From Gammaproteobacteria bacterium (GTDB taxonomy: Bacteria; Pseudomonadota; Gammaproteobacteria; JBIOEC01): a stretch of 32,000 nucleotides of DNA. The DNA is taken from assembly GCA_965279305.1 (NCBI GenBank), contig OZ257143.1, positions 1,290,001 to 1,322,000 on the forward strand, read 5' to 3'. Under the pieces are notes generated by a model. It worked only from the letters and a program-made list of their open reading frames with translations, ran no database searches and was not told where the DNA came from. Below, piece by piece: positions 31,649-32,000 of this stretch. The position numbers and the translations under genes are program-made. How positions within the stretch are numbered: the stretch's first letter is position 1; each line of letters opens with the position of its first letter.

Positions 31649-32000
31649 ATGAAAGAAATGAATGTTAAAGAAATTATTTGGCAAGATGTAAGAGAAGAGG
31701 TGAAAGCCGTTAATGCATCTCTCTATGAGATTATTGAAAAAGCTAACCCTTCTGCTGAATACAAATTGTTTAAAGTAAAATATAAATTTGGTGATTTAAT
31801 TACTGAAAATGGTTTGTTAAATTTGCCCGATATTAAAGGCTCCTTATTTCCCATTACGTCGTCATCTATTCCGACTGAAATTAAAGATAAAATTTCTTAT
31901 CGCTCTATACCCTTATTTTTAGTTCTCAAAAACAGTTGCGAAGTTTTTGTAGATATGGATACTCGTACTGTGCCGCTGAATGTTTTTAATCCTGGTAGTT
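31649..32000 (+). CDS. Hypothetical protein, N-terminal 117 codons (partial; runs off the right window edge)
   Basis: Manual translation from the ATG at 31649: MKEMNVKEIIWQDVREEVKAVNASLYEIIEKANPSAEYKLFKVKYKFGDLITENGLLNLPDIKGSLFPITSSSIPTEIKDKISYRSIPLFLVLKNSCEVFVDMDTRTVPLNVFNPGS. It is open to position 32000. No domain recognised. Confidence 0.55.
   Translation, partial: MKEMNVKEIIWQDVREEVKAVNASLYEIIEKANPSAEYKLFKVKYKFGDLITENGLLNLPDIKGSLFPITSSSIPTEIKDKISYRSIPLFLVLKNSCEVFVDMDTRTVPLNVFNPGS

Larger units (their letters stand above)
20249..32000. mobile_element. Integrative mobilizable element (partial; right end outside the window): int, alpA x2, traD-like, oriT, traA relaxase, cargo/regulators
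   Basis: A tRNA-fragment boundary is followed by a tyrosine integrase, AlpA-type excisionase/regulators and a relaxosome module. No VirB/Dot/Tra mating-pair genes occur in the 11.7 kb visible, and no second att copy was seen up to 32000. Confidence 0.65.

Overview
AT-rich bacterial accessory DNA. The gene content (ankyrin, lipase-like, coiled-coil and LuxR-solo proteins, many with small-polar C-terminal tails) resembles a Legionella/Legionellales-type effector and mobile-element hotspot; the organism cannot be verified from the sequence alone.

**Layout**
- **1-6.2 kb:** a partial ankyrin-repeat protein on the minus strand (open to the window edge, absent from the ORF track), a tandem DUF2235/Tle1-like hydrolase, and a hypothetical gene.
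- **6.2-20.3 kb:** a chain of small, partly decayed islets separated by five copies of the 3' 34-43 nt of a tRNA-Arg(CCU) gene (minus strand) and four copies of a 29-bp palindrome-containing junction motif. Cargo: hemerythrin, a trypsin-like protease with an RHHIIP C-terminal domain, a LuxR solo, a coiled-coil pair, a TALE-like repeat protein, a retropepsin-like protease, KilA-N, a nonsense-disrupted orphan HigA, and a 1465-aa NB-ARC + TPR + class-3 lipase protein.
- **20.3-32 kb:** a P4-type integrase, tandemly duplicated alpA, a TraD/MobC-like gene, a partly duplicated oriT region, a visibly GC-richer MOBQ/TraA relaxase-helicase, an RHH repressor with operator, a three-gene operon of paralogous winged-helix proteins, and LuxR/HTH regulators. 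No type IV secretion genes are present, so this looks like an integrative mobilizable element whose right end lies outside the window.

**Most notable finding:** the 598-aa protein at 11508-13304. It has eight 33/34-aa tandem repeats with the TALE architecture (helix, variable diresidue, GG, helix), cryptic flanking repeats and an acidic-hydrophobic tail. It sits alone between two tRNA-fragment scars.

No intact tRNA/rRNA genes and no CRISPR array were seen.
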